A program made the position numbers and the translations under genes. Shown here in pieces: positions 1-12,801 of a stretch of 64,000 nucleotides of DNA (positions are counted from its first letter, which is position 1; every line of letters starts with the position of its first letter). The stretch covers positions 89,590,001 through 89,654,000 of the forward strand of contig NC_082712.1 of NCBI RefSeq assembly GCF_030144855.1, given 5' to 3'. Under the pieces are notes generated by a model. The model was not told the DNA's origin and made no database searches. It worked only from the letters and a program-made list of their open reading frames with translations. This DNA is from Hypanus sabinus. Its lineage: Eukaryota.

Positions 1-497
1 AAGAGCATCTCCGAATGTACAACATGTTGAACCTTGAAGTGGATGGGCTACAGCAGCAGATGCCCAAGAACACACACGCAGTGGCCATTTCACTAGGCAC
101 AGGAGATACCTAATAAAGTAGTCACTGATGGATTTTGTAATTTATAGTTTTCTAATGCATTGCGCTGTACAGCTGTCACACAATGAGAAATATCATGACA
201 TATTAAATCTAATTTTGATTCCTGATTCCGATTCCGATTCTGATCAGGATCAGAATACTGGGCGGTGGAACAGGGATGAAAGTCTGAAGTGCTTTGTGCT
301 GCCTTTCTGCTGTATGCTCTCTGCTCAGTGGCTATCTCGTTGTTTGGTATCCTGTTTGCACAATGAGGTAGTTTCACTTCCTTATCAGAGAGTAAACGGT
401 GACTGCAGTTCAGAACAAAGAGACATATCAGTCGTGAAAGGCTACTGGAGATTTTCTCAGGCACCAACGTTGGACATTGGGTGGATTGGCCTGCACA

Positions 498-668
498 ATG
501 TGCACTGGGCAGTGTTCACGATGCATCGGCCTGATGCTGCTTCCGCTGGCTTTTATCTGCATTATAGCAAATATACTGCTCATGTTCCCCAACGCCGAGA
601 GGGACTGGGTCGATCATATCACCGTGCAGGTCTGGCTGATGGGAGGAATTGTCGGAGGTGGACTTTTT
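498..668 (+). CDS. TM4SF5: Transmembrane 4 L6 family member 5, coding exon 1 of 5
   Basis: ATG at 498; [57 protein letters not shown] matches the L6/TM4SF5 N-terminus (MCTG.C.RC; QVWLMGG..GGGL); phase-0 donor gtaagt at 669. Confidence 0.95.
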
Positions 669-947
669 GTAAGTGCTCTACCTTTGGTTCTTTTCAAATT
701 TCCTTCCCTCCCACTCCGCTCCTGTTTGCTGCAGTCATAGAGAGAGAGGGAAAGTACAGAAACAGGCCCTTCGGCCCACTGAGTCGGCACTGGCCAACAT
801 CCACCCATTTTCACTCACCACCTCCCAAACCATTTCATTTTCCCAGATTCTACCCCTCACCCACACGCTAGGGCAAAACAACCCACTGACCCCATACGTG
901 GCGGAGATGTGAGAGGAATGCTGAATATCCAGGGGAAATCCAGGGTC

Positions 948-1098
948 NNNNNNNNNNNNNNNNNNNNNNNNNNNNNNNNNNNNNNNNNNNNNNNNNNNNN
1001 NNNNNNNNNNNNNNNNNNNNNNNNNNNNNNNNNNNNNNNNNNNNNNNNNNNNNNNNNNNNNNNNNNNNNNNNNNNNNNNNNNNNNNNNNNNNNNNNNN
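948..1098. other. Assembly gap
   Basis: Run of N. Confidence 1.
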
Positions 1099-1123
1099 GG
1101 AGATGGGAGTTTCTACCACTCTG

Positions 1124-1672
1124 CACTCAGTAACCACTCTATTAGGTACACCTACATACCTGCTCACTAATGAAAATATAGTACCTGATCAGACAATCAT
1201 GTGGCAGCAACTCATTGCATAAAAGCATGCAGACGTGGTCAAGAGGTTCAGTAGTTGTTCAGACTAAACATCAGAATGGGGAAGAAATGTGATCTAAGTG
1301 ACTTTGACCATAGAATGATTGTTGGTGCCAGACGGGGTGGTTTGAGTATCTCAGGAATTGCCGATCTGGGCTCATGCAACTATCTCAAAAGTTTACTGGG
1401 AATGGTGTGAAAAGTTAAAGAAAAAAATCCAGTGGGTGCCATTTCTATGGAAATGCATTGTTATTGGGAGAGGTCAGAGGAGAATGGTTCAAGCTGACAG
1501 GAAGGCAACAGTAACTCAGGTAACCTCATGTTACAACAGTGGTGTGCAGAAGAGCATCTCTGAATCCATAACACATTGAACCTTGGAGAGGGTAGGCTAC
1601 AGAAGACCACAAACGTACACAGTGACCGCTCTATTAGGTACAGGAGGTGCTTATTAAAGTGGGCACTGACTA
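1124..1672 (+). mobile_element. Non-autonomous Tc1-like DNA transposon (related copies about 1-128 +, 15887-16275 -, 63003-63485 -)
   Basis: TIRs approximating CACTCAGTGGCCACTTTATTAGGTACACCT; transposase N-terminal remnant MGKKCDLSDFDHRMIVGARRGGLSIS from 1276. Confidence 0.85.
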
Positions 1673-2333
1673 TCTGTCTGATCATCTGCTGCTAACTCTG
1701 AGTGTATGTAAGTGGTGGGACGTCAGTAACAAGCTTGGTCTGATCCCTACCCTCATCTCCAATGGATTGTAAGGTACAGATCTTGAATAAACTCCCACAG
1801 ATACAGGAAGAGTATTCCATCTGCATAGTCTCCAACTTGATGGCATGAATATCGAATTCTCCTTGCAGCAAAAATAATTCACCCTGCCTCTCCCCACTCT
1901 GACCTTTTACCTCTTCTCACCTACCCATCACCTCTCCCCTGCCCTCTCCTCCTTCCCTTTCTCCACTCTCTTCTTCAGCTTTTTACCTTAGCCTCCCACC
2001 TAGCTTTGCCAATCACCTTCCAGCTGGCCTCCTTCCCTTTTATTCCGGCGTCTTCCCCCTTTCTTTCCTGAAGAAGTGTCTCGGCCCAAAACGTCGATGT
2101 TTATTCGTTTCCATAGATGCTGCCTGAGTTCAAACTCCCACAGAGGTGTAAGAGACTCCTGGATAGGTACATGGAGCTTAGAAGAATAGAGGGCTATGGG
2201 TAAAGCCTAGGTAGTTCTAGGGTAGGGGCATGTTCAGCACAGCTTTGTGAAGCGCCTGTATTGTGCTCTATGTTTCCTATATTTTTATGTTAAATTGTTC
2301 TGTGATTAGGATAAGGTGAAGTTTATTACTATT

Positions 2334-2705
2334 GGGTGGTAGGGTGGAGATAGGTCTCTACCAAAGGAGCTGTAAGGTGCTCTTTTCCTCCGCTAGCCTC
2401 CAGGTCACCCTTGGGCAAGGTGTAGCACCTGCTTAGCCCCCCCAATCTGGGTCATGTGAAGCCATGGGAGCAGGTGGTAGATGGTCATACGAGCAGTTAG
2501 GGCATATCACAATTCCTGGTTATGTGACCACTGATGCCAGGCAATCTCTGAAGAGTATTAATAATGGTTGGTGTCACCTGTCTTGTAAAGACACTGTCCA
2601 GAAGAAGGCAATGGAAAACCACTTCTGTAGAAAGACTTGCCAAGAACAATCATGGTCAAAGACCATGATCACCTACGTCATACAACATGGTATGTAACAA
2701 ACAAA
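2334..2705 (+). mobile_element. ~370-nt non-autonomous RTE-related short retroposon (copies about 6934-7280 +, 10218-10535 -, 28228-28618 -, 45250-45575 +, 50635-50693/51975-52265 +, 61325-61698 -)
   Basis: At least seven mutually similar copies; GAAGGCAATGGCAAACCAC...TTGCC segment as in BovB/RTE-dependent SINEs; short tandem-repeat tails. Confidence 0.75.
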
Positions 2706-4489
2706 CAAGAGGGTCGCTGGGCCAGAAAGGCCTGTACTGCATTGTATCCCTAAATAAAATAAAAGAGAATAAGTAATAAAATTGAATCTTCACTGCTGAC
2801 CGTTTAGTATTTTGGTGAGTTCACCTTTCACCTCAAAAGGGTGTAGACACAATCTTCTTAAACTCTCCTCACAAGACAGCCTGCCATCCCATGGATCAAA
2901 CAGATCATGCAGGTCAAAGTTCAAAGTGAATTTATTATCAAAGTACATATAATGTCACCATCCACAACCCTGAGATTCACTTTCTTGTGGACATACTCAA
3001 TAAATCCATAATCGAATAATAACCATAATAGAATCAATGGATGACTGCACTAACCTGGGCATTCAACTAGTGTGAAAAAGATTAGAAACTGTGCAAATAC
3101 TAAAAGAAAGAAATAATAATAAAAAAACAAACAAACAAACAAATAAATAGATAGATAAATAGATAGATAGATAGAATTGAGATCATCCGATGAAGAATCC
3201 TTAGATTGTGAGAATGTTTCAATGATGGGGCAAGTGAGGTTGAGTGCAATTATTCTCTTTGGTTCAATAGCCTGATGGTTGAGAGATAGTAACTATTGCT
3301 GATCCTAGTGGTGTGAGTCCTGAGGATCCTGCACCTTTTTCCTGATAGCAGCAGTCAGAAGAGAGCATGTCCTGGGTGGAGGGGTTCCCTGATGATGGAT
3401 GCTGATTTCCTGTAACAATGCTCCATCTAGATGTGCTCAGTGGTGGGGAGGGTGCTACCTGTGATGGAGTGGGCTGTATCCACTACTTTTTGTAAGATTT
3501 TGTAGCATCTGTAGAGAGCTGAGGCTTTGGGACTGAGATCCTTTATCTGGGGTTCCTCTAGATTCCCACTTCTTTGGACTGTTGTGTCTCTTTAATCCCA
3601 GGAAATCAGTCTGTAACTCTTGGACAACATATAACTACTTCCGGAGGAACTCAGCAGCATTTACTGAATGCCTCCATCAGTCAGGATCAACCGTGGATGT
3701 TGTGTCCTCGCTATCTAGATATGCAAGCCAGGACATAATGATATGGAGAGAAAGCTGTTGCCCATGTACCATGCTCCCCCTCTCCATGCATCCGATGATA
3801 CTGATACTGATACAGTTTGTTGCCAGTCAGCATTGAACTCAACGCAGGACTGCCGTAAGGACTCCAGCTCCTGATTTTTCCCTCAGGGCTTACTCCCAAA
3901 GCCTTCCCCAAGGGTGGGTATAGCTGCAAAGCAGTGGAGGTTTCAGATCAGAGTTTTCCTTCCCCTTGGTGAGTTACTGATGAGCCCCATCTGCCCAAGC
4001 TGACTGGTTTTGAGGCACCAGTAACCCGCCTTTGCCCCTTCTCCTGTCAGAAGAAACTGGGCTTGGCAGCTAAAACACATGTGCAGGCCAGGAGATGGAC
4101 AGCTAAAACACATGTGCAGGCCAGGAGATGGACTTGGTTGTCAGCGGCTATTTAGTCAGCATCTATACAAGGAATAAACAGTCAAAATTTCTGGCTGAGA
4201 CCCTTCTTTAGGACTGGAAATGGAAGGTGGAAGAAGCCAGAATAAGGGGGAGGGGAAGGAGATGACAATTGGAAAGTGAAATCAAGTGAAGGAGGGATGA
4301 AGTTCTTGAAGTTGTGAGGTGACAGGCGGAAGATTTGTTGAACATGAGAGGGGAAGGATTTAAAGGAGATATTTTCACAGCGAGTGTAGTGGTACTTGGA
4401 TGTGCAGCCAGAGGAAGTGGTAGGAGATGAGTACATTGAAGATATATAAATGATATTTGGATTGGTGCATTCAAGGAAATGGCCAAGAG

Positions 4490-4570
4490 CAGGGGTTCCT
4501 AACCTGGGTTCCACGGAGCCCTCGGTTAATGGTAAGGGTACATGGCATAAAAAAAAGTTAGGAATCCCTG
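4490..4570. mobile_element. ~80-nt hAT-like MITE (second copy 5831-5909, decayed third about 25250-25333)
   Basis: TIRs CAGGGGTTCCTAAC / GTTAGGAATCCCTG; imperfect 8-bp TSD gccaagag/gcttagag. Confidence 0.7.
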
Positions 4571-4624
4571 GCTTAGAGGGATATGAGGCAATGCAGACAC
4601 GTGAGATGAGCAAGGATGGACATC

Positions 4625-5165
4625 TTTTTTTTTGTAATTCAAGTTTTTATTATTATTGATTCTTATTTTACAAAGCAGCACAACATATCATAGAGCAGAT
4701 ACAGTACAGCATACTTACACAGCCATCCCATGACAGGAAAACATATAAAACTAAGAAACAGAAAAAAACTTCTAATTTAAGTTTAAGTTAATATACAACC
4801 AAAATTGATCCCATGCTGGCACTTTTCCCTCACTGTTAATTCTTCCCAACATTTGTTAATATGAAGAAATCTTAACCATTTCCTCAGTTCATACCCCTCA
4901 CAGTGGGACATCTGGGTTTTTCCCAGTTTTGCAATATAATTCTTGCAGCTGTGATGAGACCCACCTTTAAAATGGTAAACTTGTCATTGTTTACATTAGG
5001 TATCATTGTCCTATCACCCAGGAGACAAAGCCGTGGGCACAAGGGCAGTGTAGGACTCGACCAATTCCCCAACAAATCAAGAACTTTACACCAAAATGGA
5101 CAAACCATGGAACACTCCCAAATCATGTGAAAATATGTGCTTTGGGTTTTTATGTGTTATGGTTA
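4625..5165 (-). mobile_element. L1-clade LINE 3' fragment
   Basis: TYFHMIWECSMVCPFW...CPRLCLLG...AARIILQNW resembles an L1 ORF2 C-terminus; AATAAA plus A-tail on - near 4625-4650. Confidence 0.75.
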
Positions 5166-6078
5166 GGTCTTATGGAGTCATACAAAAGTACAGCACAGAA
5201 ACAGGCCATTTGGCCCATCTAGTCCATGCAAACCATTTAAATTGCCTGCTTCTATCGACCTGCACCAAAACCATCCATGTACCTATCCAAACTTCTCTTA
5301 AACATTGAAACTGAGCTCTAGTCTTCTCTAGCTTACATTAAGTTGCAAATATCTTTGGATGTTTCCTGTTAATTCTCTTTGAGACTTTGCAGGTGTCTAA
5401 TTAATAACCCTTGGACTTTTGCCTCTTATTGGAATAGCTACTTGTTAGTTTGCAATTATTCTGAGGTTTTATTGGCTGGGGTGTATTTACAGGGGCTGTA
5501 CTTACCTCTTGTTGTCTTGGTCATCCTGATCTTTGCCTAGTGAAGTTCTGGCTGAGTTACCCTAGGACTTGTAAGTTCAAATTTTTGTTGTTTTTGTTTT
5601 ATTTTATTTTGTTCCCTCCTGAGTCTCAGTGTCATCCTGATCTTGGGTCCAAAGAGGGAATGAGATGAAGAGTGGACAGGCAGAGACTTTTTCTCAGGGC
5701 GGAAATGTCTAATACCAGGGGGCATTATTTTAAAGTGATTGGAAGAAAGTATAAGGGGAATGTCAGAGGTAAGTTCTTTGCACAAAGAGTACTGAGGGTG
5801 TGGAATGCCATGCCAGGGTGATGGTTGAGGCAGGGGTCCCAACCTGCGGTCTACGGACCACTTATTTAATGGTATTGGTTCATAGCATAAAAAAGGTCAG
5901 GAACCTCTGCACTTGGGGAATTTAAAAATTTTATGTTGGGGAAATGGAGGTTGATTTCAGAGGGAAGGGTTATATTGATCTTAAAGTAGGTTAAAAGTTT
6001 GGCACACCATTGTAGGCTGTAAGTTGTAATGTTCTATGTTCTTTCTTGGTTCATCATTGGTGATGTTTCTGTCCACAG

Positions 6079-6159
6079 ATCCTGTGCCCTAGCTGTGCTG
6101 CCATTCGAGCTGGTGGGAAAGGTTGCTGCGGAGCCGGTTGCTGTGGCAACAGATGTCGG
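6079..6159 (+). CDS. TM4SF5: TM4SF5 coding exon 2 (81 nt)
   Basis: ccacag acceptor, gtaag donor; [27 protein letters not shown] contains the TM4SF5-diagnostic [18 protein letters not shown]. Confidence 0.96.
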
Positions 6160-6645
6160 GTAAGATTCTTGACCCATGGATCCTTGATGTCTATTCAGCC
6201 AATGCTTTTGGACCTAGCATTTACCTGAAGAATTCCCAAGTGTTGAAGGGTGATTGAGTTACTGGGGGGGGGGGGGCAGCTGGGGATGTGACTGTAGGGG
6301 GGAGAGTGAGGCTGATGATGGATGGGAGGTGGCAGGTTGAGGTGGATTGGCAGTGGGTGATGTGAGCGTAAGGGTCAAGGCATCTATTTCAAGAATTGGA
6401 AAGTCACGTTGGAGCTTTATAAAACACAGGTTAGGCTGCATCTGGAGTATTGTGTGTAGTCCTGGTCACCCCATTGCAGGAATGATGTGGAGGCTTCAGC
6501 AAGGATGCCAAAGGGGTTCACCAGGATGCTGCCTGGATCAGAGGGGAGGAGTTATGAGGAGAGATTGGAGAAATTTGAGTAATTTCCTCTGGAGCGTGAT
6601 GGAAGTTTATGAAGCTATGAGCTGTACATATAGAGCAGACAGCAA

Positions 6646-6930
6646 GGGGTGGCATGGTAGCATTTTGTGGTTAACACAACGTTTTACAGTACAGGGGACA
6701 TGGGGTCAGTTCCCACTGCTGCCTGTCAGGAGTTTCTATGTTCTTGCTGTAAACTGCTTGAGTTTCCTTCAGGTTCTCTGGTGTTCTCCCACAGTCCAAA
6801 GACATAGTGGTTGATAGGTTAATTGGTCATGGTGAATTGTCCCATGGTTAGGCTTGGGTTAAACTGGTGGATTGCTGGGTGGCATGGCTCGAGGAGCCAG
6901 AAGGGGCTATTCATTTCCGTAACTCAATAA
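6646..6930 (+). mobile_element. tRNA-derived V-SINE, HE1-like (copies about 21975-22230, 29860-30130 -, 30410-30630, 41100-41340, 42280-42535 -, 59200-59430)
   Basis: tRNA-like head and a V-domain core approximating GGTTTCCTCCGGGTGCTCCGGTTTCCTCCCACAGTCCAAAGAC in several copies. Confidence 0.75.
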
Positions 6931-9769
6931 ACTGGGTAGCGGGGTGAAGACACCTCCTCCCTCCACTAGCCTGCAGGTTACCTTCGGGCAAAGTGTGCAC
7001 CTGCATAACCACCCCCTGCACCAAACGGATCAGAGTCACATGAATGCACGGAAGCAGGTGGTGGATGGTCGTACGAGCAGCCAGTACACATCACAAGTCC
7101 TGGTTATGCGACCACTGACACCAGGCAGACAATCTCTGAAGAGTATTGATAGAGGCTGGGATCAACCGTCTTGTAAAGACACTGCCCAGAGGAAGGCAAC
7201 TTTGAAAAATTTGCCAAGAACAATCAAGGTATTGGAAAGACCGCGATCGTCCATATCATGTGACATAGCACATAACAAATGAATCTCAATAAATGAATTA
7301 GTAAATAAATAAATCATCTTTCCCCAGGGTCAAAATATAATACTAGTGGGCATGTATTTAAAGTGGTGGTGGTAGGGGGAATTTCAAAGGGGAATGTATG
7401 GGACCAAGTTTTCGTATCCAGACAGTGGTGGGGCTTGGAATGTTCTGCTGGGGGTGGTGGTAGCAAGCAGGATAGAGATGTTTGGAAGGTTGTTAGACAG
7501 GAACATGACTGTATAGTGAATGGAGGGACATGGACCATGTGCAGCAGAATGCATTAGCTTAATTAGTTCCATGGTTCCATTTAATATTGGAGAATGTAGA
7601 CAATATACAACCTGAAGTTCTTACTCCCTGCAGACATCCTCGAAACAGAAGAAAAACCCCAAAGAATGAATGACAAAACTTGTTAGATCCCCAAAGTCCC
7701 CTTCCCTCCTTGCACAATCAGCAGCAAAGCATCAACCCCCCCTCCCCTTTCCCAGGGAGCATCAGCCCGTCACCGCTCACTGTATAAGCAATAGCAAGGC
7801 CTCCAAAGAGATGATCTAGAGTTCATCAAAGCCTACAGTCCAAACACAGCACTTCGACATCCTACAGATCTCTCTCTAACAGTGCAGAGAGGTAACACCC
7901 CACTTCCACGATGAGAGGGGAGAGTAAAAGCTCACTGTTTCGATGCTACAATCTAAAATCAAAAGCGTCACTTTTACTTTGAGTTTCTTCGACTCCAGAA
8001 TCGGCAGTAAACTATCTCCCCACCCTGAGTGTGTAGGCCCCAGCATGGGTGAGTGGCATGCTAGGAAACTGCAGCGTGCATGTGAGGAAGACCAGGATTC
8101 AATATTGAAAAGGTGTTGGTCTTGACAGTGTTCAAGGCTTCCTTCGTCATGCCAAGAGCTTCCTCTCGGTTTACACTGCTGTCAGTCATGCAGGTCCCGG
8201 GTGGATACTCAGATGTAGAAGGATTCTTCATTGTTGTTTCTGTAACAATTTTTTTTGACCAGTCAGGGATGTTAGTCCTGAACTGAATCCCTGAACCTGG
8301 AGGACCAGTGGACCGCTCTTGGTCTGTCCTCTACCCTTTGACCTGTTCGGCATGGGTGACCCCAAAGCATAAAGTTCTGACACCAGCCAACCTAGCTCTC
8401 TGGGTCATTGAGGCACACAATCCTCTAAACAAGGACAAGTTTGTGGTCCTTTTGGAGGCACGTCTTAGGTAAAAGGACCTGTAAAAAGGTGAGGCGTCTC
8501 ATTAGGGAAAGGATGATGAATGTTTGGAGCGACACAAAGAAAAGCTGGAGGAACTCAGCAGGTCAAGCAGCATCCATGGAGAGGATGGCATAATGGGCAG
8601 TTGGTAAGTGAGTTCCTTCCTCCCACCCACGCACACGCACAGTCCTCCAGACTTCAGCAGACTTGGACTCAAGCCTATAGATGTTTGGCTTCAGATTAGC
8701 CGAAGGAATGAGCCTGGAGTGATTGTGAACAGTTAAGTGCCAACCTTCTCAATGTATCCAGGAGCAGACCAGCCTTCCATCTACTCACACTGCTGCCTGT
8801 TTTGGACTATGTTAATGCTATCGATCGTGCTATGGATAATTTACCAATGTTTGACCTTTACTTGCTCAGTCGTTTACTGTTGTTGAGTAATCATTCGGAG
8901 ATATCGCTCCTTGTTCCCAGCCCATCTCTGATATTGCTCTCATTTACATCTGGCAGTCATCGTGGCACTTCCCCTTCGGATCTGTCAGATTCCACAGCCC
9001 TGCCTGTTGTCACTCATTAAACGGAGCCATTGGGAAACAGGAAAGTAATTTTGCTCAGCAAACCTCCAGGAGAGAGAAAATCATAAAGACAAGAGATTCT
9101 GCAGATGCTAGAAATCCAGAGAAACTCAGCAGATCAGGCAGAGTCTGTAGAAAAGAATAAAGAGTCAACGATTCAGAAGTATTGATGAAGGGTCTCAAAG
9201 TTCTAAGTAAATTTATCATCAAAGTACATATATGTCCCCGTATACAACCCTGAGATTCACTTTCTTGTGGGCATACTCAATAAATCTATAAGATAATAAC
9301 CTTAACAGAATCAATGAAGTCTGCTCAACGAGGGCGTTCAACCAGAATGCTGAAGACAACAAACTGTGAAAGTAGTAAAAGAAGGAAATAAATATTGAGA
9401 ACATGAGATGGAGAGTCCTTGAAACTGATGCCTTGATTGTGGGAACACTTCACTCATGGGGTGAATGAAGCTGTATGTAGTTATCCCTTTTGCCTCATGA
9501 GCCTCATGGCTGCGAGGTGGTACCTGTTCCTGAACCTGGTGGTGCGGGTCCTGATGCTCCTGTACCTCCTTCCTGAGTGTAGAAGCAAGAAGAGAGAATG
9601 TCCTGGGTGGTGGGGGGTCCCTGATGATGGGTGCTGCTTTCCAGCAAATTTGTTTCATGGCCGATAGTGGGAAGACTTTACCTGTGATGTGCTGGGCCGC
9701 ACCCATAACTTTTTCCAGGATTTTCTGTTCAAGAGCATTGGTGTTTCCATACCAGACTATGATGCAGCC

Positions 9770-10208
9770 CTCACTCTTCCTTTGCACCCCCCCAACTCTC
9801 CCTTTGCACCTTCGCTCTCTCTTCACACCCTCGCTCTCCCTTCACCCCCTCGCTATCTCTTCACTCCCCTGTTCTCCCTTTGCCCCACCCCCATTCTCCC
9901 CTCGCCCCCAACCCTCTTCTCCCCTCACCCTCAACGTTCTCCCCTTGACCCACCCCTCTTCTCCCTTGAACCACCCCTGTTCTCCTCCCACCCCAACCCT
10001 CTTCTCCCTTTGCCCCACCCCCTTTCTTCCTTCGCCTCACACCCCCAATCCCCTTTCACCCCACCCTCATTCTCCCTTCACACCCCCTGTTCTCCCTTTG
10101 CCCCACCCATAGTTTTCCCTTTGCTTCACACCCCTGTTCTCCCTTCACCCCACACCCCCTTTCACCCACCCCCAGCCAGCTCACCCTTTGCCCCACCCCC
10201 CCCCCCCC
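9770..10208 (+). repeat. Degenerate C-rich low-complexity repeat (ttctccctttgccccacccc-like)
   Basis: Repeated TTCTCCCTT and CACCCC motifs; gives spurious Pro-rich ORFs. Confidence 0.75.
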
Positions 10209-10999
10209 AGCTATCTGCAAATTTTTCTACAGAAGTGGTTTGCCGTTGCCTTCTCCTGGGCAGTGTCTTTACAAGACGGGTGACCGCAGACATTATCAAT
10301 ACTTTTCAGAGATTGTCTGCCCGGTGTCAGTGGTCACATAACCAGGACTTGTGATCTGCACCGGCTGCTCATACGACCATCCACCACCTGACCCCATGGA
10401 TTCATGTGACCCTGAATGGTGGGGTGGGGGGGGGGGCTATGCAGGTGCTATACCTTGCCCAAGGGTGACCTGCAGGCTAGTGGAGGAATGAACACCTCAC
10501 ACCTCCTTTGGTAGACTCCTGGTCATCTCCACACCGCAGGTCAAATTGTGTACAGGTGTCTATCTTCTGAATCCTGGTTCTCATTTAGCTCATCCATGAA
10601 TAAGTTATCGACAATATCATACCACCAGAATGATCCCTAATGTGCTGTTCTTCAGAGTCTAGAGATCTGGCAGATGCTGGAAAGTTTGAGCAACAAACAC
10701 AAAATTCTCGAGGAACACAACGGGCCAGGCAGCATCTATGGAGGGAATTATATAGTTAGTATCTCAGCTGAAAGTTCTTTGACCAAAATGGTATCCTGAG
10801 GAAGGGTTTTGACCCAATATGTCGACTGTTTATTCTGCTCCATAAGTGCTGCCTGACCTGCTGAGTTCCTCCAGTGTTTTGTGTTATCTTACTCTTCTTG
10901 CCTTCTTGCTGAACTAGGACACAGAACAGAGAACTGTAGAGCATCGTATGTGTGGCGACCCCGGGCCAGTGGCACTGAGAATGCTTTTGTTCCTTACAG

Positions 11000-11145
11000 A
11001 TGCTGCGATCTGTGTTCTCTTCCGCCTTCGGGGTGCTGGGCTCCCTCTACTGCCTGGTTGTGTCTGGAACAGCACTGGGGAATGGCCCATTGTGTCTTGC
11101 CGAGTCCGGGAAATGGGAATACCCCTTCCAGGACTTTCTGAATGG
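11000..11145 (+). CDS. TM4SF5: TM4SF5 coding exon 3 (146 nt)
   Basis: ttacag acceptor, phase-2 gtacgt donor; MLRSVFSSAFGVLGSLYCLVVSGTALGNGPLCLAESGKWEYPFQDFLN(G). Confidence 0.95.
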
Positions 11146-12801
11146 GTACGTACATCTCCACTTACCTTAACAGCGAGCAAGGAGGTGATGAGCACAAAGC
11201 CTCTATGCTGGTTCTCGGACCTATCCTGTCCATCCCATTCCTCCCATTTCCCCCTGTAACATTTCAACAAAAATCAAACATTTATTGGGCTGTGGCAGAC
11301 CTAATTTCCAATACCACTGGGGACTTCCATTGCTCTTTGTCCTCAGAAACTCAGACCAAGGCATCCATCCATCGATCTAGAGTCTTCCCTCTATCTAAGT
11401 AGTTAAACTCTGATAACTTGTCATGCCTGCTGCCAGACCAGCAGATCAGATCCAAAGTACGTTTATTACCAAAGTACGTGTGCAACCCTGAGATGCGTCT
11501 TCCCCACGGACAGTCATGAAACAACCAAACCCATCAATCATCAATCATCATCAGCCCTCAACATGCAAAAAAATTGTGCAAATGACAACCAAAAAGTAAG
11601 CCAAAAAATTTACAACACAAAAGGGAGAGAGATCACTTTGCAAGAAAATAAATAAATACTATACCAGGACCAATGTGTGAAATAAGGTGAGCTGTGCACA
11701 CAATCTTAAAAAATAATACAGAAAATATGAATTTTTGAGTCCTTGAAACCGAGTGTGGAACCAGCTCCGAGTTGAGGTGAGTGAAGTTATCCACGCTGGT
11801 TCAGGAGCCTGATGGTTGTAGGAGCGTAAGTGTTCCCCAGTCTCCTGTGCCTCCCTGGAGGCTCAGTGAGAAGAGAGCATGGCCGGTTTGGCAGGGGTCC
11901 TTGATGATGGATGCTGCTTTCTTGTAGCAGTGTTCCTTGTCAACGTACTCAATAGTTGGGAAGGCTTTGCCTGTGATGGACTGGGCGCATCCACCACTTT
12001 CGGCAGACTTTTCCATTCCTGGGCACTGGTGTTTCCATACCAGGCTGCGATGCAACGACTCAGGATACCCAGCACAGTACATCTGTAGAGGTTTGTCAAC
12101 ATTTTGGATGATGTGCCAAATCTGTGCTAACTTCTAAAAAACAGAGGTGCGGCCGTGGCTTCTTCGCGATGGTACTGAAAAGCTAGTTTCAGGACAGATC
12201 CTCTGATATGAGAACGTTAAGGAATTTAAAGTTACTGACCCTTTCCACCTCTGATCCACATAATGAGATCTGGTTCATGGACCCCTGGCAACGCCCTCCA
12301 GTAGTTCATTGACTCTTTGGTTTTGCTGAAGTAAATCTGGTGAATTTTAAGGATGTTTAGGAGTCAGAACCAGGTGAGTTGTAAGGAGTGGCGGAATCAG
12401 AACGATCTGCTGATGCCTGATCATTGCCAAGCAGCACGGCACATCAGTCCATGGCCGCCTCTACTGCTGCAACCAGGCCACCCTCAGGTTAGAGGAGCAA
12501 CACCTTGTATTCCGTCTGGGTAGCCTCCAACCTGATGGCATGAACATTGATTGCCCGCCTCCCCACTTCACCATTCCCCATCCCTGTCTCCGTCTCTCAC
12601 CTTATCTCCTTGCCTGCCCATCATCTCCCACTGTTGCTCCTCCTTCTTTCCTTTCCTCCCATGGTCTTCTGTCATCTCCTGTCAGATTCCGCCTTCTTCA
12701 GCCCTTTATCCCTTTCGCCAATCAACGTCCCAGCTCTTGATTTCACCTCCTCCACCTCTCCTGGTTTCACCTATCACCTACCACCTTGTACTTCTTCCTC
12801 T

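Noticed and set aside
365-378. GAGGTAGTTTCA resembles the 5' end of miR-196/let-7
   Set aside because: Only about 11 nt match and I see no precursor hairpin.
128-871. 247-aa ORF overlapping TM4SF5 exon 1
   Set aside because: Different frame from the conserved exon; runs through repeat-derived and intronic sequence with no recognisable motif.
6646-6720. tRNA gene
   Set aside because: Decayed tRNA-derived SINE head fused to a V-domain core; no intact cloverleaf.
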